A stretch of DNA of 24,000 bases. Source: Bacteroidota bacterium (GTDB taxonomy: Bacteria; Bacteroidota; Bacteroidia; Sphingobacteriales; Sphingobacteriaceae). The position numbers were made by a program, and so were the translations under genes. The stretch is taken from assembly GCA_013285685.1 (NCBI GenBank), contig JABDHD010000056.1, forward strand, positions 1-24,000, in the 5' to 3' direction. Numbering within the stretch: position 1 is the first letter of the stretch; each line of letters opens with the position of its first letter. Positions 1 through 7,642 of the stretch are shown in pieces. Below the pieces are notes generated by a model that ran no database searches, had not been told where the DNA came from, and was given only the letters and a program-made list of their open reading frames with translations.

Positions 1-51
1 ATAAACTAATGGGAAAAAGTTACGTACAAAGGTATAATCAGGATAATAAAA

Positions 52-258
52 ATGGCCGATCTTAATCAATTTCAGCGATCAATGGACAGAATAAAGGAAA
101 TGCTGCATCATTTGATGCACAAATCCGGCGATCCTGACACCGCGTTCTATATTCAATCCCTTGAGAAGTCGCTTAAAATGCTTGAACTGAAAATGGAAGA
201 GTATAAGCTGAGTCTGAATGCGGGTAAAGACAGCTCCTTGTTTGATCTGGCTTTTTAA
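52..258 (+). CDS. hypothetical small helical protein (68 aa)
   Basis: ATG-initiated 68-codon ORF with charged, helix-favouring composition and no competing longer ORF. No family recognised. Confidence 0.35.
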   Translation: MADLNQFQRSMDRIKEMLHHLMHKSGDPDTAFYIQSLEKSLKMLELKMEEYKLSLNAGKDSSLFDLAF

Positions 259-289
259 AAACCTTCTTCACGGCCCTGCCGGCTGGCCA

Positions 290-505
290 ATTGTTAAATC
301 CACCCAAAATTTAGTTAAATATTGTTAAGGGATGTTAAATCTCCTTGAGGGTTAATGCTTTAGTGTGAACTTAGTTGGAAAAGTTGTGGTAAGTTGTAAA
401 AGTTGTAAGGGTTGTAATGAGTTGTAAAGGTTAAGTTCCGTGGCAACTTTTATAACGCACTCCACTTCTACAACATCTACAACTCCTTACAACCCTTTCA
501 ACTAA
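290..505. repeat. phased short-word array (GTTAAAT and GTTGTAA direct copies, TTACAAC inverted copies) forming an imperfect hairpin
   Basis: GTTGT(A/G)(A/G) starts at 383, 393, 402, 411 and 421. TACAAC/TTCAAC starts at 469, 478, 488 and 497/498. In a hand alignment, 401-430 is complementary to 474-503 at 26 of 30 positions. GTTAAAT-like words occur at 293, 314, 324 and 334. Confidence 0.75.
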
Positions 506-511
506 ACAAAC

Positions 512-3500
512 ATGACCTACAAAAAGATCAACAACCTCGCCGGCTGGATTTGTTTCCTCATCGCTGCCACAACTTATGTTTTAACGCTCGAACCTTCCGT
601 CAGCTTTTGGGACTGCGGCGAGTTTATTTCATGCGCTTACCGTTTGCAGGTTTCACACCAACCGGGCTATCCTTTGTTTGCCATGCTTGGTAAGGCTTTT
701 TCGCTATTATCCTTTGGCGACCATACCAAAGTGGCTTATTTCACCAATTTAATGTCGGCGCTGGCCAGCGGAGCAACCATTATGTTCCTTTTCTGGACGA
801 TAACGGCGCTGGCGAAGAAGATGACAAGCGTAAGCGGCGAGTTGACCGGTCTGCAGCAAATACAAGTTATCGGTGCGGGGCTGGTAGGTGCGCTGGCCTT
901 TACCTATACCGATACCTTTTGGTTTTCGGCGGTAGAAACAATTGTTTTTGCTTTGTCGTCCCTGTGCACAGCCATTGTTTTTTGGGCGATTTTAAAGTGG
1001 GAGACCCGGGCCGATCAGCGCGGCGCGGATAAATGGATCGTTTTTATAGCTTACCTCATTGGGCTTTCTATCGGCATACACCTGCTTAACATGCTAACCA
1101 TTCCCGCCATCGTTATGGTGTATTACTTCAGGAGGAGTAAAAATATAAATATCAAAAGCGGGATAACAGCCTTTTTTATCAGTATACTCATCCTGGCCAT
1201 CGTACAGTTTGCTATCAGGGGTTACACCATCTATTTTGCCGCCTGGTTCGACTTTTTCTTCGTCAACTCCATCGGCTGGGGTTTTGGCAGCGGGGCCATT
1301 ATATTTTTTGTACTGCTTTTTGGCATGCTGGCTTATGGCATTTGGTACAGCATCCGCAAAAAGATGCCGATGCTTAACCTGGCGCTATTGTGCGTGGTGT
1401 TTGTCTATTTCGGTTACAGCTCTTTCGCTTATATCCCTATCCGTGCCACGGCGGGTACCGATCTGAACAACTCGAGGCCCGACAACGCTTTTACTTTGTT
1501 CGATTACCTTAACCGTATTCAGTACGGCGCCACGCCACTGCTTTCAGGGCCATATTTTGATGCGAAGATTGTTGACGAAAAAGAAACGGGCAATAATTAC
1601 CGGAGGGGCAAGGATCAATACGAGATATCCGGCAAGAAGATGGATTACGTTTACGACCATACCACCCTGCTGCCGCGCATGTGGAGTACCGAGGCCGACG
1701 CTACCTATGCCCAGGACGCCCAGTTTTACCGGCAATGGCTGCAATTGGCCGATAACCAGGCGCCAACGTTTACCGATAACCTTCGATGGATGTTCAGCTG
1801 GCAGATCTACCAGATGTATGTGCGCTACTTTATGTGGAATTTTGTGGGCCGGTATAATGATGCCGACGGGCAGCTGAGCACCGCCGGGCTCGACGGCAAC
1901 TGGACAAGCGGCCTCTTCGACGGCGGCAAACATCTGCCAAAATCCATCACCAACGATGTAAGCTATGCCCCGTTGTATGCCCTGCCGCTGCTGTTAGGCG
2001 TAATCGGCATGTTTTATCATTTTAAAAACAAAAGACGCGATGCGCTGACTATCGCCTTGTTGTTCCTGTTCACCGGGCTGGCCATTGTTTTGTATGTTAA
2101 CCAAAATAACGTTCAGCCCCGCGAGCGGGATTACTCCTACGTCGGCTCGTTTTATGCTTTTGCCATATGGATAGGGCTGGGGGTGATCGGGCTTGCCAGC
2201 TTTGCGGCTAAAAAGCTGAACGCGCGGCTGGCTTCTTTGGGTTCTATTGCCGTCTGCCTGCTGGCCGTGCCGGTTTTGCTGGCCAATAAGGAGTGGAGGG
2301 GTCACGACCGGTCGACCAAGCTGACGCCGCATGATATGGCCTACAACTTTTTGATGTCATGCCCTAAAGACGCCATCCTGTTTACTTATGGCGACAACGA
2401 TACCTACTCGCTATGGTACGACCAGGAGGTGGAAGGCCTGCGCCCGGATGTACGCATTGTTTGTTTGAGCCTGTTTGGCGGCGACTGGTACATCAATGCC
2501 ATGCAAAAACCGATGAATGCTTCGGCGCCCTTGCCCATCACCCTGCCGTTTGACAAATATAAGGACGGCGTGCGGGACGCAATTTATTTTAACGACCAAA
2601 AGATAAGCGGCCCGGTTGAGCTGAAGGATGTTTTTGATTTTATTACCTCGGACGACAGCCGCGCCAAAACCGCCTACCAGGATGGGTCGATGCTGAATTA
2701 CCTGCCAACCAAAGATTTTAAGATAACGATTAACCCCGATGAGGTGGTTAAAAACGGCGTAGTAAGGCCCGACCAAAAGAGCAGGCTGGCCACCGCAATG
2801 GAATGGAAATACCCATCGAATTATGTGCTGAAAGATAACCTGGCCATGCTGGATATCCTGGCGCATAACGACTGGAAACGGCCGCTATGCTTTACCACCA
2901 CTATGCCAACATCAAGCATGATAGGTTTGTTGCCCTATATGTATAAAGAGGGTTTTGTTTATCATTTAATACCGTTTAAACCTGTGGCTGACCCAAATGC
3001 ACAGCCATCCAAAACCAATAGCCTGGTGATGTATGATAACATGGTGAACAAATTTAAATACGGCAATTTTAAACATGCCCGTTATTTGGACAATGTATCC
3101 AAAACGCAGTTTTATTTAGACATAGAAGTAACCTTTAACGACCTGAGCAGGGGCCTTATTGAGGATGGCCGCCCGGACCTTGCTGTAAAAGCCCTGCACA
3201 AGTTTGATAAAGAAATGCCCGATATTAACCCCGACATCGATACTGCCGCGCAAAAATTCTTCCTGTCGCAAACAGCGTATAAGCTGGGGGATACGCAATT
3301 GGGTAACCGGTATGTAAAAAGCGTCGATAATTTTATTACCGACCAGTTGGATTATAACTACGAACAACTGAAAAACAACAATAACGAAGCGCTTGACGGG
3401 CGGACGATACAACTGGGTATGCAATTGTTAAACGGCATGGCCGATAGTGCCAAAGCCAGTAACCAAATGAACCTGGGCAATGAGCTGGCCGCCCAGCTAA

Positions 3501-3541
3501 AGGACTACGAGGGTAAGTTTGCCGTATTGGAAGGGAAGTAA
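512..3541 (+). CDS. DUF2723 / TMEM260-like GT-C fold membrane glycosyltransferase (putative protein O-mannosyltransferase-like)
   Basis: 1009-aa ORF. The N-terminal ~600 aa are polytopic, with the family-typical start (LAGWICFLIAATTYVLTLEPSVSFWDCGEF...HQPGYPLF). A large soluble helical C-terminal domain follows. Family recognised from memory. Confidence 0.85.
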   Translation: MTYKKINNLAGWICFLIAATTYVLTLEPSVSFWDCGEFISCAYRLQVSHQPGYPLFAMLGKAFSLLSFGDHTKVAYFTNLMSALASGATIMFLFWTITALAKKMTSVSGELTGLQQIQVIGAGLVGALAFTYTDTFWFSAVETIVFALSSLCTAIVFWAILKWETRADQRGADKWIVFIAYLIGLSIGIHLLNMLTIPAIVMVYYFRRSKNINIKSGITAFFISILILAIVQFAIRGYTIYFAAWFDFFFVNSIGWGFGSGAIIFFVLLFGMLAYGIWYSIRKKMPMLNLALLCVVFVYFGYSSFAYIPIRATAGTDLNNSRPDNAFTLFDYLNRIQYGATPLLSGPYFDAKIVDEKETGNNYRRGKDQYEISGKKMDYVYDHTTLLPRMWSTEADATYAQDAQFYRQWLQLADNQAPTFTDNLRWMFSWQIYQMYVRYFMWNFVGRYNDADGQLSTAGLDGNWTSGLFDGGKHLPKSITNDVSYAPLYALPLLLGVIGMFYHFKNKRRDALTIALLFLFTGLAIVLYVNQNNVQPRERDYSYVGSFYAFAIWIGLGVIGLASFAAKKLNARLASLGSIAVCLLAVPVLLANKEWRGHDRSTKLTPHDMAYNFLMSCPKDAILFTYGDNDTYSLWYDQEVEGLRPDVRIVCLSLFGGDWYINAMQKPMNASAPLPITLPFDKYKDGVRDAIYFNDQKISGPVELKDVFDFITSDDSRAKTAYQDGSMLNYLPTKDFKITINPDEVVKNGVVRPDQKSRLATAMEWKYPSNYVLKDNLAMLDILAHNDWKRPLCFTTTMPTSSMIGLLPYMYKEGFVYHLIPFKPVADPNAQPSKTNSLVMYDNMVNKFKYGNFKHARYLDNVSKTQFYLDIEVTFNDLSRGLIEDGRPDLAVKALHKFDKEMPDINPDIDTAAQKFFLSQTAYKLGDTQLGNRYVKSVDNFITDQLDYNYEQLKNNNNEALDGRTIQLGMQLLNGMADSAKASNQMNLGNELAAQLKDYEGKFAVLEGK

Positions 3542-3673
3542 AGTCTAAAGTCCGAAGTCCGAAGTCCGGAAAGTCCGAAAGATTGACATGTATGAGAAGC
3601 CGGGAAAGACTTACGAAGTTTTTAAAACTTTGTAAGTCTTGGGGAACTTCGGTCTTTCCGACTTCCCGACTTC
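3541..3673. terminator. compound palindrome between convergent genes (probable bidirectional terminator / repeat element)
   Basis: Tandem AGTC(C/T)(G/A)A words at 3542, 3549, 3556, 3563 and 3572 pair with inverted CCGACT/CGGTCT words at 3650-3671. A nested near-perfect hairpin lies at 3607-3639 (agacttacgaagttt ttaaa actttgtaagtct). The element lies exactly between the stop codons of the two flanking genes. There is no classical T-run. Confidence 0.5.
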
Positions 3674-4713
3674 TACCCGTTCAACGTTATCTTTCCCAGT
3701 TTATCCGTCATCATTTCGGTAAACCACAGGTTGCCGTCGTAACCCATGCGGATGCGGTGCATCATTGACATTTTGCTGGGGATGGTATGGGTAACAAACG
3801 GAACGCCGGAGAGATCGTTCGTTTTCAACCCCCGGATGGATTTGTCAATTTTGATAATATAATCGTAGCCGGCGGGGTTTGGATTGTTGCTGTCCACATA
3901 CACCTGCACCCATAGGTTGTTGTCCCCATCGAATGAGAGGGAGGCCAGGATGTCATTTTTTTGCAAGGCCGGGACGGTGTACTCCGTAATGTGCCCATCG
4001 GCATCTATCTTGCCGATCCTTACGCCTGCTTCTTCGGTAAACCACATGCAGGTTCCGTCCGGGTCGGGAATAACGGCAATGGGCCTGCTGTTGGCGGTGG
4101 GTATCTTAAATTCCACCACATCTCCGTTTTGAGGTTTGTGAAGGATGGCGCTGCTAAACAGCTCGGTGCCCCACATTCCACCCGGCCCGGCTGAAAGGAA
4201 AATAGGCAGCGAGGAAAGGTTTGGCAATTCGAAATGTTCCACAGAGCGGTCGGGGTTGATTTTGCCGAGGGTGCTGGTGCGTTTGCCGGTAAACCAGATG
4301 GTTTCGCCATCGGCGTCAAGCCCTATGCCATGCGGCGCCGTATTGATGGGTTTTTCCGCGCCTTGTGCATGTATTTTTACGTCGATCTTTTCAACGATAT
4401 TGCCATTATCATCCAGCCTGGCTACGTGGCCATGAAATTCCAGCGATACCCAAAGCCGCCCTTTTGCATCTATCAGCAAGCCATGCGGGCCGCTGCCTTC
4501 GGGCATTTCATAATAGGTAAGCAATTCGCCTTTGTAGTTAAATTTGGCCACCTTATGCATGTTTTGCCCGGTAACAAAAATAAACTCCCGGTTCATAACC
4601 AGCTCATGTGTCGACCCGGTTAATTTACCCGGCCAGTTCAAACTAAATTCGGTAATAATGCCTAAAGTGGCGGGGGAATGCGCGTGCGGCATATCCGGCA
4701 TATTCATATCCAT
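3673..4713 (-). CDS. Vgb-like (virginiamycin B lyase family / COG4257) beta-propeller protein
   Basis: 346-aa ORF with repeated blades carrying ITEFSL, IWFTGK..GKINPD, VEHFELP, VEFKIP, MWFTEE..GKIDADGHITEYTVP and LWFTEM..GKITL strings typical of this propeller family. Confidence 0.7.
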   Translation of the reverse strand: MDMNMPDMPHAHSPATLGIITEFSLNWPGKLTGSTHELVMNREFIFVTGQNMHKVAKFNYKGELLTYYEMPEGSGPHGLLIDAKGRLWVSLEFHGHVARLDDNGNIVEKIDVKIHAQGAEKPINTAPHGIGLDADGETIWFTGKRTSTLGKINPDRSVEHFELPNLSSLPIFLSAGPGGMWGTELFSSAILHKPQNGDVVEFKIPTANSRPIAVIPDPDGTCMWFTEEAGVRIGKIDADGHITEYTVPALQKNDILASLSFDGDNNLWVQVYVDSNNPNPAGYDYIIKIDKSIRGLKTNDLSGVPFVTHTIPSKMSMMHRIRMGYDGNLWFTEMMTDKLGKITLNG

Positions 4714-4911
4714 AGGGTTAAGCGTTAAGATTTTTTGTTTAAAGAATAGGAACGATTGGTCGACCGAATTTAAAAAATACTTTTTTTAAATTTTCATATT
4801 AGTGAAAATTTAATTGGTAGTTAAAATGGTTTCAAATAATCGACATCGGTGTCCGGCAATAAATTCTTAACGCAAAAGCAAGCAGCAACCCGGAAGTGAA
4901 ACGAACGCTGC

Positions 4912-5100
4912 TCAGTTTTTTTGCTCCGTGCGGGGATAGGACCGATAGGCCAGCGCAAAGAAAATGAGGGCGGGCACCAGGTATTCCATTACATCAACAG
5001 GCCCGACATATTTATCGTACTTATAAGCACTATAAGGCAGCAATGCCAGGATAGAAAACCCGACAACAATATAAACATAACGAAAAAAGATAGTAAACAT
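4912..5100 (-). CDS. hypothetical small membrane protein (62 aa, 2 predicted TM helices)
   Basis: ATG ORF with two hydrophobic stretches (YVYIVVGFSILALLPY and YLVPALIFFALAY). No family recognised and it could be spurious. Confidence 0.3.
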   Translation of the reverse strand: MFTIFFRYVYIVVGFSILALLPYSAYKYDKYVGPVDVMEYLVPALIFFALAYRSYPRTEQKN

Positions 5101-5344
5101 AAATTAACAATTAGGGGAACGGGATATTTAACCGATAACCTTCCCGGTATTAAATAGCCGGCGTTTATCGAAGATTGCTGTTCAATCATTATACCAAACA
5201 ATATTCCAGCTACAGGCTGAAACAATAGCTCTCATAATTGGGAAATATCAATTTTTTTGGGGCGGCGGCGACCCATCGCTGTGGAAATATTTTCGTTATT
5301 GCAATGACGTTCAGGGTGCACGGGCCGGCAATGTAGGGGGCAGA

Positions 5345-5423
5345 AGTTCGAAAGATGAAAAGAGATTCGGATGTGCTTTAGAGAACGGGAAGACTTACGA
5401 AGTTTCTAAAACTTCGTAAGTCT
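5345..5423. repeat. dispersed repeat modules (GTTCGAAAGATGAAAA box plus GACTTACGAAGTTT hairpin)
   Basis: 5381-5423 (cgggaagacttacgaagtttctaaaacttcgtaagtct) is near-identical to 3601-3639. 5346-5362 matches 19571-19587 at 16 of 17 positions. Confidence 0.75.
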
Positions 5424-5487
5424 CGAATGTCCTCTCAATGCTTACCTTTACCCAACGTTAATCGCACCTTTTATTCCCTTTATAAAT

Positions 5488-6738
5488 ATGGCAGAAGTTA
5501 AGTGTCCCAATTGTGGTTTTGGATTTCCGATTGAGGAAGTGATGGCCGAAGAATATAAAAAAGAGCTTCGGGTAAAAATGCAGGAATACACCCAGCAAAA
5601 AGAAGAAGAGTACCGCAAAAAAGAAACGGAGTTTAGCACTAAGGAGCGGCAGCAGCAATTACAATTTGAGCAGCGCCTTACCGAAGAAAAAAAGCAGCTG
5701 CAGGCCATCATCGAACAATCCCTGCGTAAAAGCATCGGGTCCGATTATGAAAACCAGTTGCAACTGCTGCAAAACGCTAAAAATGAATCGGACGAGAAGC
5801 TTAAAACTGCCCGGCAAAAAGAGCTGGAGTTTATGCAAAAGGAAAACGCGCTGAAACAACGGGAAGAAGAACTGGAACTATCTGTACAGCGGAAGCTGCA
5901 GGAACAGCGGAATGAACTTTCCGAACAGATCCGCAAGCAGGAAACGGAACGCTTTAATTTAAAGGATACCGAATACCAGCTAAAGCAAAAGGAACTGGAA
6001 AAGCAGCTGGATGATCAAAAAAAGCTGGTTGACGAAATGAAACGCAAAGCCGAGCAAGGCTCGATGCAGCTGCAGGGCGAAGCGCAGGAATTGATATTGG
6101 AGGAACTATTACGCGATTATTTTCCTTTTGATGTGATCAGCGAGGTGGGCAAGGGCGTGCGCGGGGCGGATTGTGTGCAAACCGTGCGCAATACCTTCGG
6201 GCAGGAATGCGGCCGCATCATTTATGAAAGCAAACGCACCAAGGATTTTGGCGGCGACTGGATAGACAAGCTGAAAAAAGACATGCGGGCCATCGGCGTG
6301 GATGTGGCCGTCATCGTTTCGCAATGCTACCCCAAGGGGATGGATTGCTTTGGCGAAAAGGACGGCGTGTGGATATGCAGCTTTGACGAGGTAAAAGCCG
6401 TAGCCTATGTTTTACGCGACGGCATCATCAAGCTGGCTAACCTGGCCAAGGCCCAGGACAACAAAGGCGACAAAATGCACCTGCTGTACGATTACCTGGT
6501 AAGCAACGAGTTTGGCGAACAATGGAAAGCCATACAGGAAGGTTATATAAGCATGCGGCAATCCATCACAGTAGAGCGTACTGCCATGGAAAAGATGTGG
6601 AAGGCCAGGGAAAAACAGCTGGACAAAGTGCTGTTAAATGCTACGCATATTAAAGGCTCGATAGTGGGCATTGCCGGCGCCGATTTGATCCGGTTGGAGT
6701 TGGGGGATGATGAGGGGGAGGGGTTGTTGTTGGAGTAG
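5488..6738 (+). CDS. DUF2130-type protein: N-terminal CxxC knuckle, long coiled coil, C-terminal PD-(D/E)xK-like nuclease core
   Basis: 416-aa ORF with CPNCG at aa 6-10 and E/K/Q-rich heptad-like sequence at aa ~20-205. The C-terminal domain carries GADCV ... IIYESK, a D...ExK arrangement. Confidence 0.8.
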   Translation: MAEVKCPNCGFGFPIEEVMAEEYKKELRVKMQEYTQQKEEEYRKKETEFSTKERQQQLQFEQRLTEEKKQLQAIIEQSLRKSIGSDYENQLQLLQNAKNESDEKLKTARQKELEFMQKENALKQREEELELSVQRKLQEQRNELSEQIRKQETERFNLKDTEYQLKQKELEKQLDDQKKLVDEMKRKAEQGSMQLQGEAQELILEELLRDYFPFDVISEVGKGVRGADCVQTVRNTFGQECGRIIYESKRTKDFGGDWIDKLKKDMRAIGVDVAVIVSQCYPKGMDCFGEKDGVWICSFDEVKAVAYVLRDGIIKLANLAKAQDNKGDKMHLLYDYLVSNEFGEQWKAIQEGYISMRQSITVERTAMEKMWKAREKQLDKVLLNATHIKGSIVGIAGADLIRLELGDDEGEGLLLE

Positions 6739-6760
6739 GGGTTTGCCCCACCTTCCCAAG

Positions 6761-6991
6761 GCCGCCGGTTCAAGCGTCCACGCTTGAACCTAAACAAATG
6801 TGAGCGTCCACGCTCACGTGTGCAAGTTGGATAACAGTTTCGTTAATGTAAGCGTGGACGCTTACACCGGTTTGCGTTCAAGCGTGGACGCTTGAACGGG
6901 CGAGGGTTAAATGGATAAAAATGTATACGACACTCCCGCCGGTTCAAGCGTCCACGCTTGAACCTAAACACTTGTAAGCGTCCACGCTTAC
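6761..6991. repeat. REP hairpin cluster (three doublets, six hairpins)
   Basis: Hairpins lie at 6767-6790 (ggttcaagcg tcca cgcttgaacc), 6800-6817, 6848-6865, 6876-6897, 6942-6964 and 6974-6991. Stems are 7-10 bp and the 4-nt loop tcca or tgga gives the orientation. The doublet at 6761-6817 is repeated at 6936-6991, and 6848-6902 is the inverted version. Confidence 0.9.
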
Positions 6992-7034
6992 ATCCCCACT
7001 TGCAGGTTAAAAAATATTTGCTGACATTTATTCC

Positions 7035-7556
7035 ATGTCACGAAATGCCTCAACCGACGAACTTTACTTTGTCACCTTAACCGTTGTCGACTGGATAGAC
7101 GTATTTACCCGCCGTTATTACAACGACTATATTATTGAAAACCTGGCGTGGAACCAGGCCAACAAAAACCTGAACATTTATGCTTATGTTATTATGCCCA
7201 ATCATATCCACATGGTTGCTAATGTGACCGATGGGTCGCTGGGTGAGGTGTTGGGTAAGTTTAAAAACTACACCTCAAAGCGGTTGTACGAGATGATTGC
7301 CGGCAACGCGCAGGAAAGCCGCCGCGAGTGGATGATCAGGGCATTTGACCGGGCGGGAAAATACAATCCGCTAAACACGCATCATCAGTTTTGGCAGAAC
7401 GGCAACTACCCTGTTTTGCTGTATACGCCGGCGGTGATTGAGCAAAAGATAGATTATATTCATGAAAACCCGGTTAGGGCTGGGTTTGTGGGGTCGGCGC
7501 ATGAGTTTTGGTATAGTAGTGCTAATCCGGAAAGTCCTTTAAAGATCATTTATTAA
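7035..7556 (+). CDS. REP-associated tyrosine transposase (RAYT; IS200/IS605-like Y1 HUH transposase)
   Basis: 173-aa ORF with an HUH motif in IMPNHIHMV, the family-typical N-terminus (YFVTLTVVDWIDVFTRR) and a C-terminal IDYIHENPVRAG block. Flanked by REP hairpins. Confidence 0.85.
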   Translation: MSRNASTDELYFVTLTVVDWIDVFTRRYYNDYIIENLAWNQANKNLNIYAYVIMPNHIHMVANVTDGSLGEVLGKFKNYTSKRLYEMIAGNAQESRREWMIRAFDRAGKYNPLNTHHQFWQNGNYPVLLYTPAVIEQKIDYIHENPVRAGFVGSAHEFWYSSANPESPLKIIY

Positions 7557-7557
7557 C

Positions 7558-7613
7558 GTCAGCGTGGACGCTGACACCTGTTGGCGTTCAAGCGTGGACG
7601 CTTGAACGGGCGG
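7558..7613. repeat. REP hairpin doublet (tgga-loop orientation)
   Basis: gtcagcgtggacgctgac plus gttcaagcgtggacgcttgaacgggcgg, starting 2 nt after the RAYT stop. Same orientation as the 6848-6902 doublet. Confidence 0.9.
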
Positions 7614-7642
7614 GGATAAGCATATTTAATTAAACCTGTACT

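Larger units (their letters stand above)
6761..7613 (+). mobile_element. REP-RAYT-REP unit (REP-associated tyrosine transposase flanked by inverted REP hairpin doublets)
   Basis: A Y1/HUH transposase gene is bracketed by GCGTCCACGC / GCGTGGACGC hairpin doublets in opposite orientation on its two sides. Confidence 0.8.

Noticed and set aside
1209-3424. Track ORFs nested in or antisense to the 1009-aa gene: 1209-1466, 1544-1933, 1557-1877, 1994-2332, 2411-2866 and 3116-3424.
   Set aside because: All lie completely inside a well-supported long CDS and have low-complexity, Arg/Pro/Gln-rich compositions typical of off-frame translation. No family motifs are visible.
3560-3585. The string ggaaagtccg resembles the conserved GGAAAGUCCGG core of RNase P RNA.
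   Set aside because: It is part of a tandem AGTCCGA word repeat, and none of the other RNase P conserved regions or helices are present around it.
3583-3768. A 61-aa ORF starting inside the compound palindrome.
   Set aside because: It is encoded mostly by repeat sequence and by the antisense of the Vgb-like gene's 3' end, and it has no supporting features.
3884-4789. Track ORFs overlapping the Vgb-like gene on either strand: 3884-4132, 3961-4194, 4020-4319, 4145-4435, 4234-4623 and 4544-4789.
   Set aside because: They are shadow ORFs of the propeller gene, whose repeated blade motifs are evident only in the 3673-4713 minus frame.
5448-5936. Cys/Ser-rich or Leu/Phe-rich ORFs antisense to or off-frame with the DUF2130 coiled-coil region.
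   Set aside because: They are artefacts of the biased GAA/AAG/CAG codon content of the coiled coil. The 416-aa frame has clear domain logic.
6765-6900. ggttcaagcg strings resemble a tRNA T-arm (GGTTCGA).
   Set aside because: No acceptor stem, D-arm or anticodon arm can be built around them. The strings are simply the REP hairpin stems.
6761-6991. A cluster of six short palindromic repeats separated by short spacers, superficially like a CRISPR array.
   Set aside because: The repeats are only 18-24 bp, the spacers are irregular (about 10-45 bp) and the orientation alternates (tcca versus tgga loops). The same hairpins also flank a Y1 transposase gene, so these are REP elements, not CRISPR.
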